A stretch of DNA of 64,000 nucleotides from Azolla caroliniana (Eukaryota; Plantae; Polypodiophyta), in the NCBI GenBank assembly GCA_043228905.1, contig JBHGNT010000014.1:5332001-5396000 (forward strand). Reading direction: 5' to 3'. This document shows positions 23,819-36,516 of this stretch, piece after piece. The notes under the pieces are model-generated. The model ran no database searches. It was given only the letters and a program-made list of their open reading frames with translations, and was not told the origin of the DNA. Every line of letters starts with the position of its first letter. Positions within the stretch are counted from its first letter, which is position 1. The translations under genes and the position numbers were made by a program.

Positions 23819-25708
23819 CAAGTCATTTCTGTGGAGATGTCATCCAACATCTCAGGGAATTGTAACATTCGCCATGAATGATGTGTTTAGAATTCTTTTA
23901 AAACATTCGCCACGCCTTGGAAACAAATTCTCAACTTATCCAAATGCGACCTTTTTAGCAGAAACGTTGCAATATTCAATGTCGTTAGAGTCACAATCTT
24001 TTGTATGCTCAACAAAAGCATTTGTCCACAAGGTGAAGAAAGAAAGAAGGCTTCTCATGTCCCTAGCCTTTGGATTGGATGGAGATAGGAGAGAATAGAG
24101 AGATAGACTAATCCAAGATAACATGGGAAGAGAATGATAGAAAATGAGCAAATCAATAACACAAACATTACATAGTACATACACGAAGAAATGATTGAAA
24201 TCATTATGCAAACACTCTAAACATAATAGCCTCATATTTCTCACTGGATAATAATATGATTACCACAAAACTCACGCCCCCCCCCATGATTACCTCCTAG
24301 TATTCTTACATGTATAAGAATATAAATCGAAACTAAAAAGTTGCTCAAACCATGAGACCGTATCAAAAAGTAAGCCTATTGTATCTCAGTGACCATGTTG
24401 CCTAGAATTTGGGGAAAATTACAAAGAATCGCCGCTTCGTGATATGCCTCATGCAAGTAAAAAGTTTTAATCCATAGCTTTGAGAAATGAATAGTGTTGG
24501 AGGATTTGAAATGTGTCCCAAGTTTGAACTGCCCTTTTTTTCCCCCAAAACAAACTACCCAAATTTGATTTTGGAATATAATGATTTTTCATATGACAAC
24601 ATTATAGGTTCCTTTACCTTTAATGATCATTTTTAAATGTATGCAATAGCAATCATCTTAAGGTAAAAATAGACAAAACACTCTACAATGTGTCATACAA
24701 CCTTTTTAAAAATTGCTTTACACCCACCATGATTTGGCTTTTTGGCTCCTCCATAATCTGCCTTATCATTTGTGTTAACCTTAATTTAGTCACACAACAT
24801 TAGTACACATATGTTGCACAAATAGTAATGATCATATCCAATCACTCATTTGATCATCAGATTGTCCATTTACTACAAACAAGCAATCAATGCACAATTG
24901 GCAAGGTTGACACACTATCCTATATGATAAATCAAATTCAATACTCATGCTAGAAAATCGTAAATAAACTCCCAAATTAAGTAAGAGATTACCTCAATTG
25001 CATAATCCACCATTTTAACTTCCCAAAATTAAACAATGGAACTTCATTTGAAACAAATTGGCATGAAGTTTCTTATATTTGACACGTTTTAGTTTGCAAG
25101 GACAGTTGGAGAAAGCCATCTAACGTCATCTTGAGGGGAAGTTTTTGAAATTGACATGATCTAATGAAGGCTTTGGGCAACCTAAGATGAAAATGTGTTG
25201 CATTACAACATGGAACAAATGCAAATATTTGTCCACAAAGTGAATATCATACTCAATATAAGGAATATTGTAGTAAAATCTAACAGAGTTTCCTTCTTGT
25301 TGTCTAGCACATTAGTAAGCTAAGCAATCATAAATAAATTTAGCAACATCTTTCCTTACATAATGCAACAAAAAACAATAGTTAGAAATTTGATAACCTT
25401 GATTTAATGTGTGTTTATGGAAAAGGAAAGGAAACACATGATTATTCCTTTCACAGAAATAAAAATACTAGCATGCACAAAATAAGATTTAACATTCAGT
25501 TTTTTCTTGTGCTCAAATTGATAAAGAACATTGAGATCATTAATGTTGTAAAAATTGAGGGAATATTGAATATCATGAATTTGGGACGTGAGAATTCGTG
25601 CATCTACACCAACATTTTCTTTCCCAAGTTTATATTGAATAATTGGGTGGAAAGTTTGAATAAAAGAAATATGAGTGGATGGCGTAAAATATGTTTTGAT
25701 GACTAATG

Positions 25709-27990
25709 TTTTTTTTAAACCAAAAAAACACTACTTCGCATCAGTTAGCAAACAAAATACAACAAAGTTCAACATGAATCCATAGTAGAATCAATATACA
25801 TACATATATAACACATGTCACGAAGAACTAACAAAAAAAAACTAGCAAAATTCATGCGGCCCTTATCCCCAACAAAACTGAAATATACCCCATTTTACCC
25901 CGACTCTACTTATCCCAACGTACCCTTTTATAACAAAGTTATCTGGATAACACAACTATGGTAAACCACTTGTGCTCTAGCGATACACATATATTTACAT
26001 CCCATGTATAATATTGGGAGTCGTCGGCAGAAATAACTACCTAGGCACATGGTAGTTCCACTTAGGCATCGTCGAAGATTCAAGACCATCATGAGAGACC
26101 GCCCCATTTCAACAATAACTTTGACCTTGCCCTTTCTGCTTCATTTGATTCCCCTTTAATTGAGTCATACCGTCTGCTCAACCAAGCCATTAGCTCAAAC
26201 CAAATATTTAACATCACCTCACCACATGAGAGCTTTTGCCACTAAAAAACAAACTTACAACGAATGGTCCAAATGTGCTAGACCGATAAGCACGCTACCA
26301 TAAGCCAAATCTCCTCAAAAAATTCTGAATTTGTGTCAGGCCTCACCCCATCACATTGGAACACACGCTACCACCCTGCACTATAAATCCATATCCCTGT
26401 GGGTTAAACTATTTTGCCTAGTCTTCCCCTTTTAGTGTCAAACCCTGTATGGAACCCCACACAACGTTCCCAGTTACACCGCAAGCTGCCACGATTTTGA
26501 GGCTTCTACTCCAAATGCTAATTGTCTCTGTACAATTCCTGAAACAATGAGAGAGTGATTCCAAAGAATGTCGACATAACTTACAACCAACCTCACCACC
26601 ACAGGAACTCGACTACTCCCTTATAGGTACCGCCTTGTGGCAATGAAGCCATAACTAGACCTTGGTTTTTTCTGGCATATTGAACACCCATAGACTCCTC
26701 CAAAACGACTTTAGGAGGTCATTTGATATGCCTTTATCCTTCCAACTATCGCAAATATTTACAATAACCACCGATTTCGAGCCAACGATTCGTCTTCCTA
26801 GCTTAGTATTGTACTCAAAAAACGTTTTCAGTTTGTTTGTTCCTGGCGTCTGCCACCATACCTTCAATGGATCCCATTCCAAATCATATAAGGGTTTGTT
26901 GTCTAAAAGCCATATTTTACAATCATGATCAAGTATCTTAGGGTCTGGGTTCAATTGCCACCTCTTACCCTCCAACAGTACCACCTACATTGCCACCCAC
27001 CTGCCATCATCCGTCAATGCACTTAGGTTACCCCACAAACACTCCTCGTTAGTTGAGCACCTGCCAGGGATAAGCTGTGCATCACCCTCACCTAGAAACC
27101 AACATGATCAAACTCCCTCTTCCGTGTTCAACTTACCTAATCCATCAATGAACTAATATCAACTGGGTCACCTTCACTAGTGATCCAGTAAACCTATGTA
27201 AAGAATCAATTGTGATTCTTGTGTAGCGGAAGAGATGTGTGTTATGTGTATGTGTGAGAGGAAAGAGGAGAGGAGAGAAACACAAGATGGATAAGAGACA
27301 AAATGAAGTACTCAAGGAGAAGGAGATGTATATTAACAAGGAGAATATGATAAATGAAAATGTAGCATTATAAGGAATCACAACCAACATAGTATGAAGT
27401 ATGAGGAGGGTGCTTTATATAGAGTCACCCTCTCTCTTCATTAACTTACAACAACCACTCTCTCTCTTGGGGAATGTGAAGACTCATAGTCATGGGGAAT
27501 ATGTAACTCATTAGTTATGTGTCATAGAATATGATTCTATGACACATAGTTAATGTGTAGAGAGTAGTAGTGTGACTCTTGACCTTTGAGTAATCATAGA
27601 TTCTCAAAAGGTGTGTTCACACGTTGTGCTATGTTGAGCTTGATTCTCAACAACCTACTACTACCAACCTGACCCTCCCGCCTTTTCATGTTAAAAACTT
27701 CCCAATCTCTTACCGACCTAACCTTGTACCCTAACATCCTCCCCCAAGGCAAGGATTTTGTTTTGTGCAAGCATCATATCGTCTTCGATTCTAATCCTCG
27801 GGCTCCAAAACAACGGTTGTCGTAGCCATTCATCCAATGCCCATCCAATGTTTTCGATTGCATTAAGACCAACCCTTCTCTTAAACTTGACCAAGCCTTC
27901 ATTATGGTGTGAACCACCCTATCCTCCATGCTAGGTGGTTCTTTCAACTTTAGACTTGGACTGAACAACTGTAGAAAATAAGATGTAGAC
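25709..27990 (-). mobile_element. Degenerate L1-type LINE, 3' part (zf-RVT-like region)
   Basis: FWRSLW..PEKTKV*LW..HKAVP...CKLC...ESLSHC...C motif, QPLFW motif, T-tract at about 25709 as possible poly(A). Confidence 0.7.
27197..27652 (-). repeat. Solo LTR of the element-B family inserted in the LINE
   Basis: Reverse complement of 29239-29658. TG...CA ends. Perfect TSD ACCTA (27192-27196, 27653-27657). Confidence 0.9.
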
Positions 27991-27994
27991 GCTT

Positions 27995-28221
27995 GTACAC
28001 AGACACAGTTGGCCGAGTTGAACAATGACAACAATTAGGTAAATACAGGAATGGAAAATACGCAATGTGTGTGTGTGTGAGAGAGAGAGAGTGAGTAGAC
28101 AACAAATCTCAATTCAAAATCACAACACTTTGTACATCAAAACGTGCTCAGTGAGCACTCTTTAAACAAGTCCTCAAAAGGACTGACAGGTACTTCAATG
28201 CTCATGAATGAGCTACTGACC
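27995..28221 (-). repeat. LTR fragment related to element A/E/F LTRs
   Basis: Shares GTGCTCAGTGAGCAC, ACAAGTCCTC..GGACTGAC and GTACTTCAATGCTC. Left boundary uncertain. Confidence 0.6.
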
Positions 28222-28611
28222 TTTGGCAAGCTCTTATTGGACCGTGATGATTGTTGCTTCGTCCATCTTTGACTTTGTTTTTTTCTGTTGTCATGGGTGG
28301 CCCTCAACACTTGTAATTCGGCAACTTGTGCTGACCATGTCTTCCAGCCTTTGTCCAAGGATTCGAGCACCATCCGTTGCGTCTTGGCCTCGTGCTCCAA
28401 TGAAATGAGGCGTACTTTCTCTTCTCCCATGCTCACTTTGTACTGCATCATGGCCAGTTCCCTCCTCATTTCGGCAAGTCAGACTTTTGTTGAACCTTGA
28501 TCGAACTTTAGCTTTGCTTATGCCACTAATAACGCTAGGTGCTTTTGTTCATATTTGGCCTCGAGTACACTGTACTTCTTGGTTAGTTCATCTTTATCTA
28601 GACTAAGTTCG

Positions 28612-28772
28612 TGTTAGGATTGTGACTGGCCACAACCAGTTTACACACTTCCATATGCGGGTGCAAGGAACGAGAACGATAGTGCTTAGACAAAAATTAG
28701 AAGTACATGAAATGAGAGAGCACAGAGACACAAGATGTTTTACGTGGAAAACCCAAATGGGAAAAACCACGG
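28612..28772 (-). repeat. Copia-type LTR fragment
   Basis: TGTT end and reverse copy of the CGTGGTTTTTCCC-N4-GGGTTTTCCACG motif, interrupted at 28773. Confidence 0.5.
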
Positions 28773-29238
28773 TGTCGTGATGTGGCGTGTGCACTGTGAG
28801 AAAAAGCGAGCTTCCACGCACATCATATGAAATAATATATAAATGGAAATAATAATTATAAGTATAAATGACTTGTAGTAGCTTAGTGGTTAAGGCTTAT
28901 AAATATATATAGAGAGGTGTAGAGTTCAAGTCTCTCTTTCCTATAAATCAACGAGTATTTTGCTCCCCATCTATTTTTGTGATAAAGGGAAAAAAACAAA
29001 GAAGCATGTAATGTTAAAATAGGCGTCTCTTTCCTCTATAAGAGGGGAGGAGTAGGGCTTAGTATGGGGTCGCCCATTTTGCCTTAGGGGTGTACTAGTA
29101 GGGTTTCATCTTCTCCTCCTCTTCTTCGTGGGTTAGGGTTTTGTAGCCTCCCTTTCTCCTTATCCTTTTTTCCTTCTTCTTTTTCTTGTAGGGTTAGGGT
29201 TTGAGAGCTTCTTCTTTTTACTTTTCTATCTTTCTCCT
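28773..29238 (+). repeat. TGTCGTGA-type LTR (left part, interrupted by element B, probably resumes at 53053)
   Basis: Starts TGTCGTGATGT like 57925. TTAGGGTT-rich sequence on both sides of element B. Confidence 0.5.
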
Positions 29239-29557
29239 TGTTGAGAATCAAGCTCAACCTAGTCTAGTGTGTGAACACACCCTTGAGAGTGTGCACTCAA
29301 AGGTCAAGAGTCACACCACTACTCTCTACACATTAACTATGTGTCATAGAATCATATTCTATGACACATAACTAATGAGTTTTCACATTCCCCATGACCC
29401 ATGAGCGTCAGTAGTTAATGAAGAGAGAGAGTGACTATATAAAGCACTCTCCTCATACTTTGTAATTAGGTCGATTAATCTCCTTTGTAAAATACATCTT
29501 CTTGTCTATTCCATTGTTGTTCAAAATTCTATCTATCTTGTGTTTCTCTTTCACTCA

Positions 29558-29605
<48 letters not shown>

Positions 29606-29786
29606 ACACATATCTCTAGTCTATTCCGTTACACAAGAATCACCACCGATTCTTTACATGGTATCAGCGCGGTTTGGTAGCTTGATCTAGCCCATCCGCG
29701 TGTGTTGTGCTTCACGCCGACGTTCAAGAAGAATCGGCTCATCGCTATCGTAGTGTAGCTACATAGCTCGTATTCAAGAGAGAAGA

Positions 29787-32700
29787 TGTTGGGATTACTG
29801 TCCCTTTCGGATGGGATGGTCGGATATCGGAGATGAATGCCGACAAGCCCGGTTTCGGTTTCGGAATCGGATGATGAAGACCCCGGCTTCGGAGCCGGAT
29901 GACGAATGTACCCGGAGCGAGATCCGGATGCGGGGACATATCTGTGAATATGTTTGCCAAGGGCCCTTGAGGCTATAGTTGTAAATAGCCCCAAAGTCAT
30001 ATGTGTATAAATATGACTTAGGGCAAACAGTTTTATGTTGCTTATCATTTTTCTGTTTTTCCACTCAAGAGGAGTGAAGAGAGAGCAGCCGCGAGAGAGA
30101 TAGAGCGTGAGAGAGGAAGAGGTCGACGCCTCTGTGTATTTCCGCCGCCTGTGGCGAAGACAGCGAGCTCAAGGTCGTCGCCTTGCAGCTCGCCATTGTA
30201 TATTTCTCTGTGCATAGTTTTGGTTCGGAGTCTTGTACTCCCGTGGTTTTTCCCGTACAGGGTTTTCCACGTTAAATCGTGTGTCCACTCTATTTCTCGC
30301 ATTTCCCATTTTCTGCAACAACGATTCGTGTGTTTCCTTGGTTGTGGCCGAGAGGTGAAGTTTGGAAAGTGTCGATTGATTTTCCATCAATTTGGTATCA
30401 GAGCGGGCTGCTGCAGAAAATGGAAGGCGGCGGCAGCGGGCAGCCGGGGATGATGGTGCTGAATGCACAGAATTACGCCGACTGGAAGATCAAGATGGAG
30501 GATCTTCTGATTGTTCGGGACCTGTACGAACCGATTGATAGGTCGGAAATACTGAAGGGGGTACTTGAGTCGGAATGGAGGCTTCTGAACCGGAAAGCCG
30601 TTGCAACCATTCGGCAATACGTCGACGTGAGTGTTCTACAACATGTGGCGAACGACACCAACGCATATGAGATGTGGCGGAAGCTGTCGGGCCTCTACGA
30701 GAGGAAGAATGCGTTGAACCGGACCTCCCTGATGAGGAAGATAGTGAACCTCAAGTACCGGGATGGCGAGAGTATGGTGGAACACGTAAGCACGTTCATG
30801 GGATTCGTGAACCAGCTTGCGGCGATCAAGTTCCCGCTGGAGGATGCAATGCAAGCCATCATTCTGATGTGTACATTGCCGGAAAGCTGGGAGAACTTGG
30901 TGGTGACTCTCAGCACCTCCTGCACCGAAGATAACTTGTCCCTACAAACGGTAAAGACAAGTATTTTGAACGAAGAAGCGCATCGGAGAGATAAAGAACC
31001 GGCCTCCGATCCGAAGATGTTGTTTACCGAATCGGATCGGGGAAGACAACGGAACCGGAGTCCGCAAAGATGGGAGAAGTCGGGGACCCGGTCGCAGTCA
31101 AGAGGAAGGCCCACATGCTTCCACTGTGGGAAGCCGGGGCACTTCCGAAAGAATTGTCGGCATTACCGAAAAGACAACGGAGCCGACGACACCGATTCGA
31201 AGAAGTCTTCGGAACGAAACGGGGCTTACTGGGGAGCCACGGACCGGAATGGTTCGGATCGGCGAGGGCAGGACCGGAAAGGAACGACGGCACTCGCGGC
31301 AAGTGAAGAGGAGATCATGCTCATCACCGAAGAAGGTGAACTAAACATTGCCGGCGATGAGACGACCTGGGTGGTCGATTCCGGAGCATCGTTCCACCTG
31401 ACCCCGGAGAGAAGATACTTCTCATCCTACACAGCCGGTGAGCATGGCTGTGTTCGGATGGGAAATGAAGGTACGTGCCGGATTGCCGGCACAGGAGACG
31501 TGTGGTTGACAACCCCGACCGGATGCAAAATGCTGCTGAAGGATGTCCGACACGTTCCGGAGGTTCGATTGAACCTGATTTCGGCCGGGAGGCTAGACGA
31601 TGAAGGCTACACAGGTAGCATCCGGAACGGCGTAATGAAGTTCAGCAAGGGGAGCCTGATAGTGGCTCGGGCCCGGAAGGTCAACACACTGTACCTGATG
31701 AATGCCTGGTTGTGTCCAGAGGAGTTGAACGTGGCAGTCGACACTGCCGGTGAGCTGTGGCACAAGAGACTGTGCCACATGAGTGAGAAGGGGATGAAGA
31801 GGCTTGCAGAAGACAACCTTATTCCAGTGAAGCATGTGCACCTAGAGAAGTGCACCGATTGCCTGGCCGGTAAGCAGAACCGAACCTCCTTCCACTCAAG
31901 GCCACCGACGAGACGTAGCGCACCATTGGAGTTGGTGCACACTGACGTGTGTCAAGTAGAAACGAAGTCACATGGCGGAGCCCAGTACTTCGTGACATTC
32001 ATTGATGACCACAGCCGGAAGCTGTGGACGGCACCGTTGAAGAAAAAGGACCAAGTGTTGTGCGTCTTCAAAGAACTCCACGCGAGAGTGGAAAGGGAAT
32101 CCGGCAAGAAGCTGAAAGCGATACGAGCGGATAACGGAGGGGAATACCGGGGGCAGTTCGCGGAGTACTGTCGCTCGAAAGGAATCCGGCTCGAGTTTAC
32201 TGTGCCGAAGACGCCGGAACTGAACGGGCTGGCCGAGAGGATGAACCGGACCATAATGGAGAGGGTCCGGAGTATGCTGGCGCATGCGGAATTACCCAAG
32301 GGGTTTTGGGCTGAGGCGATGTCGACGGCGACATACGTGATAAACAGATCACCCTCAGTACCTTTGGACGGAGACACGCCGCAGAGAGTGTGGACCGGTA
32401 GGGAAGTATCCTACCGGCATCTGAAGGTGTTCGGGTGTCTCGCATACGTGCATGTGGCAAAGGACCGGAGAGGAAAGCTAGATCCAAAGACCCGGCCATG
32501 CATATTCCTCGGTTACGGCGATGACGAGTTCGGCTACCGAGTATGGGACCCGGTCGACAAGAAGATATTCCGGAGTCGTGATATCATCTTCATGGAGAAC
32601 AAGACACTCACCGACTGGGAGTCGGAGAAGAAGATGAAGAGCTCCAAGTCGACCGGTGAGGATCAACTCTACGAGGAGCAGTCCCGACCGGCAAGGGACC

Positions 32701-35107
32701 GGTTAGCACTCGAGGATCCGGCCGAAGACAGTGAAGAAACAGAACCGGCCGAAGAAGATGAAAATGATACCGGAACCGGCCCCGATCCCGAAATGGATTC
32801 GGATGAAGAAGAATCGGAAGAACCGGTTACCGAAGCTCCGGAACGGAGATATCCTCTAAGAGAGAGAAGGGCCCCCCGGAGATTTCCGGAACCAGAGCAC
32901 GTGCTGCTAACCGACGAAGGGGAGCCGGAGAGCTTTGAAGAAGCAAAGCATGACACCCAGAGCCGCAGGTGGTTGAGTGCCATGTAGGACGAGATGGATT
33001 CCCTGCATGAGAACCACACATATGAACTTGTGGAGTTGCCGAAAGGAAAGCGGGCACTTCGAAACAAGTGGGTGTTCAAGCTGAAACCGGGAGATGCCGG
33101 AAACCCCCCGAGATACAAAGCCAGGATCGTGGTGAAGGGGTTTCAGCAGAAGAAGGGCGTCGACTTCGATGAGATATTTGCCCCGGTAGTGAAGATGACC
33201 TCCATCCGGACGGTGCTGAGCATAGCGGCAAGCATGGACCTCGAGGTAGAACAGATGGACGTGAAGACGACATTCCTTCACGGTGACCTCGAAGAAGAGA
33301 TCTACATGCAGCAACCGGAAGGATTCGAGAAGAAAGGGAAGGAGCACTTGGTATGCCGGTTGAAGAAGAGCCTCTACGGACTGAAGCAGGCTCCCCGGCA
33401 ATGGTACCGGAAGTTCGACTCCTTCATGACCGACGAAGGGTACCTCAAAACGCAGTCTGACCACTGCGTGTTTGTGAAGAAGTTCGAAGGAGGAGACTTT
33501 CTAATACTCCTCCTGTACGTGGACGACATGTTGATCGTCGGACGGGACCAGGTCAAGATACGGATGCTGAAGAAGGCTCTTCACCGAACCTTCTCAATGA
33601 AGGACTTGGGTCCGGCGAGACAAATACTAGGGATGCACATCATCCGGGACCGGAGCAAGAAGCAGTTGTGGCTGTCACAGGAGAAGTACGTGACAAAGGT
33701 GCTTAAACGGTTCAACATGTCGGAAGCAAGGCCGGTCGGATCGACCCTCCCGGCAAACTGCAAGTTGTCCAACAAGCAAAGTCCCAAGACAAAGGCTGAA
33801 AAGGAGGATATGATGAAAGTGCCGTATGCCTCAGCCGTCGGGAGCTTGATGTACGCCATGGTGTGTACGAGACCGGACATAGGATATGCAGTCAGAGTGG
33901 TGAGCCGGTACATGAGCAATCCCGGCAAAGAGCATTGGAACGCGGCCAAGTGGATACTCCGATACCTGAAGGGCACGGCAAATGTGTGCCTCCGATTCGG
34001 CTCCGGTAAGCCCGAACTCGACGGCTTCACCGATTCGGATATGTCGGCTGATGCAGATACCAGCCGGTCCACATCAGGGTATGTGATGACGTATGCAGGG
34101 GGAGCTGTTTCATGGCAGTCGAGGCTGCAGAAGACGGTTGCGTTGTCAACCACGGAGGCGGAGTACATGGCGGTTGTTGAAGCCGGCAAGGAAATAATAT
34201 GGATGAAGGACTTCATTAGAGAGCTCGGTATCCGACAGGAGGAGTACCGACTCTACTGCGACAGTCAGAGTGCAATCCACCTTGCGAAGAACGCGGCCTA
34301 TCACTCCCGGACGAAGCACATCCAGCGAAGATATCACTGGATCCGGGAAAGGATAGAAGACAAGGAGTTCGTGCTGACGAAGGTCCACACGGACGAGAAC
34401 GGGTCGGATATGTTGACCAAGGTGCTCACACCCGACAAGCTGGAAGCATGCCGGAAGAGGATCGGATTGGAGAGACATCCCATGCCGAAGTGAAGGGGGA
34501 GTTTGTTGGGATTACTGTCCCTTTCGGATGGGATGGTCGGATATCGGAGATGAATGCCGACAAGCCCGGTTTCGGTTTCGGAACCGGATGATGAAGACCC
34601 CGGCTTCGGAGCCGGATGACGAATGTACCCGGAGCGAGATCCGGATGCGGGGACATATCTGTGAATATGTTTGCCAAGGGCCCTTGAGGCTATAGTTGTA
34701 AATAGCCCCAAAGTCATATGTGTATAAATATGACTTAGGGCAAACAGTTTTATGTTGCTTATCATTTTTTCTGTTTTTCCACTCAAGAGGAGTGAAGAGA
34801 GAGCAGCCGCGAGAGAGATAGAGCGTGAGAGAGGAAGAGGTCGACGCCTCTGTGTATTTCCGCCGCCTGTGGCGAAGACAGCGAGCTCAAGGTCGTCGCC
34901 TTGCAGCTCGCCATTGTATATTTCTCTGTGCATAGTTTTGGTTCGGAGTCTTGTACTCCCGTGGTTTTTCCCGTACAGGGTTTTCCACGTTAAATCGTGT
35001 GTCCACTCTATTTCTCGCATTTCCCATTTTCTGCAACAACGATTCGTGTGTTTCCTTGGTTGTGGCCGAGAGGTGAAGTTTGGAAAGTGTCGATTGATTT
35101 TCCATCA
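29787..35107 (+). mobile_element. Young full-length Ty1/copia element 'C'
   Basis: LTRs 29787-30389 and 34504-35107 (one substitution plus one T indel seen). PBS 30393-30404. PPT GAAGGGGGAG. TSD GAAGA. Confidence 0.98.
30420..34493 (+). pseudogene. copia gag-pol polyprotein of element C with a single in-frame TAG (32985-32987)
   Basis: CFHCGKPGHFRKNC, WVVDSGAS, LWHKRLCH, LVHTDVC, KTRPCIFLGY, QMDVKT, LYVDD, FTDSD. Both ORFs are in the same frame. Confidence 0.95.
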
Positions 35108-36516
35108 GAAGAAGAAGAAGAAAATCTACATCGAACACCATGAATACTCAAATGGGGAGCACTCTCCCTAGCGAGAAGTTGGATCGAAACAACTTCGCAT
35201 CTTGGGAGTACAAGATGCACCAATACCTTGTCGGCCAAGGCTATTGGGGTTACATCAAGGGAGCACAAGAAAACTGACCCGACCCGGAAGACGCTGACTA
35301 CTCAACATGGGAGCAAACGATGAGTCGAGTAATGTATTGCTTGGCGACATGTGTTCATGATCACATGCTCGGCTACATTCGAGAAGCCACGACGCCAAAG
35401 GAAGCATGGGAGAATCTAAGGAAGATATTCACCACCAATACAACGACACAAAAGCTTCAACTTCGCCAAGAGTTGAACAACATCCAACAACAGGATATGT
35501 CCATCACAAGCTACACCTTGAAGATCAAGGAGCTTTGTGATGCACTCGGCTCGATAAGCGTCAATGTGGAGGATGAGGAAATGGTGTAAATATGCCTCGA
35601 TAGCTTTGCACCATGGTTCGGTGCGATGCGGACCGTCGTACTAGCACGAGAGAATCCACCCTCCTTCTTCTATCTTCAATCCATGTTGTTGGTCGAAGAA
35701 AATCATGTTCGAACAAGGAGCAATGCCTCGGAAGGCCACATGCTCTACATGCATTCAGACGGAGGAAGAGGACGCGTCCGTGCAAGAAGAGGCTGATTCG
35801 GCCGAGGATAAGGCGGACGAGGCCCCACTTACGAAAACAACTTGCAATTTCGGCATCAAGACGGTGTCGTGAGAATCCGTCACTATGTGCGGATCATGAG
35901 ACAGAACCGATGGGGTTATGGATTGGAAGGAATTAGTACACACACGCACAACACAAGCAAGATTCACATATAAGACAAGTAGATGAGAGGAAACATTCGT
36001 TTATTGCAAAAGAAATCAATTCTTTATAAACTTAGAATCATGTTACAATGGATTGGATATGAATATAAAAGATCATTCTTAAAAGAAAGGAGCCAACAAC
36101 CATGTAAGGAGTGGTCCGATATGAATAAGAGAGATTATTCTTGAAAGGAAGGAGCCAACAACCATGTAAGGAGTGGTCCAATATCAATATGAGAGATTAT
36201 TCTTTTCCCCAAGGAATGGGAGAGAGAAGAAGAGAAGGGGAAAAAAAAACTAGAGGGAAAAAATTTGACATATATTGAGCTCTTTGTTGATCCCCCTTCC
36301 AAATGTTACTTTGCATGTCTACTTTTAGTTGCATGGCCTCTACTTTTAGTTGCATGGCCTTGGCTTTTAGTTGCATGTGACCGTCCGTATAATTCGGTCA
36401 AATGACCCAATCATCCATAAAGTTTAGCCCGTGCACAATCCGTACGTGTGTTGCAACCAAACCGTAGACGTGTCCGCGCGCGCTGTCATGACGATTTTTG
36501 GCTACGGTGTGAAACC

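Noticed and set aside
23206-24098. Long MYVC/HTYI/HTHT ORFs (also 52766-53081 and 53478-54009)
   Set aside because: Stop-free translations of (TATG)n, (TG)n, (CA)n and (CT)n microsatellites.
24250-25700. AT-rich stretch with ORF 25407-25706
   Set aside because: No recognisable domain, termini or repeat structure. Left unannotated.
28872-28936. Functional tRNA gene
   Set aside because: No acceptor stem and an AT-decayed anticodon arm. Kept only as a tRNA-like motif.
30279-30419. N-terminal extension of the 902-aa ORF (also chimeric starts of 43479, 50316 and 62874-63713)
   Set aside because: These are read-ins from LTR or insert sequence at junctions. The gag ATG is at 30420.
34334-35020. 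228-aa antisense ORF across the element C 3' LTR
   Set aside because: Broken by a 1-nt indel in the 5' LTR copy, no recognisable domain, and GC-rich LTR sequence explains the open frame.
36055-36380. Short tandem repeats of about 61 bp and 21 bp, and CCATGG palindromes at 42200-42310
   Set aside because: Ordinary local slippage repeats inside LTR-like sequence, with no evidence of separate function.
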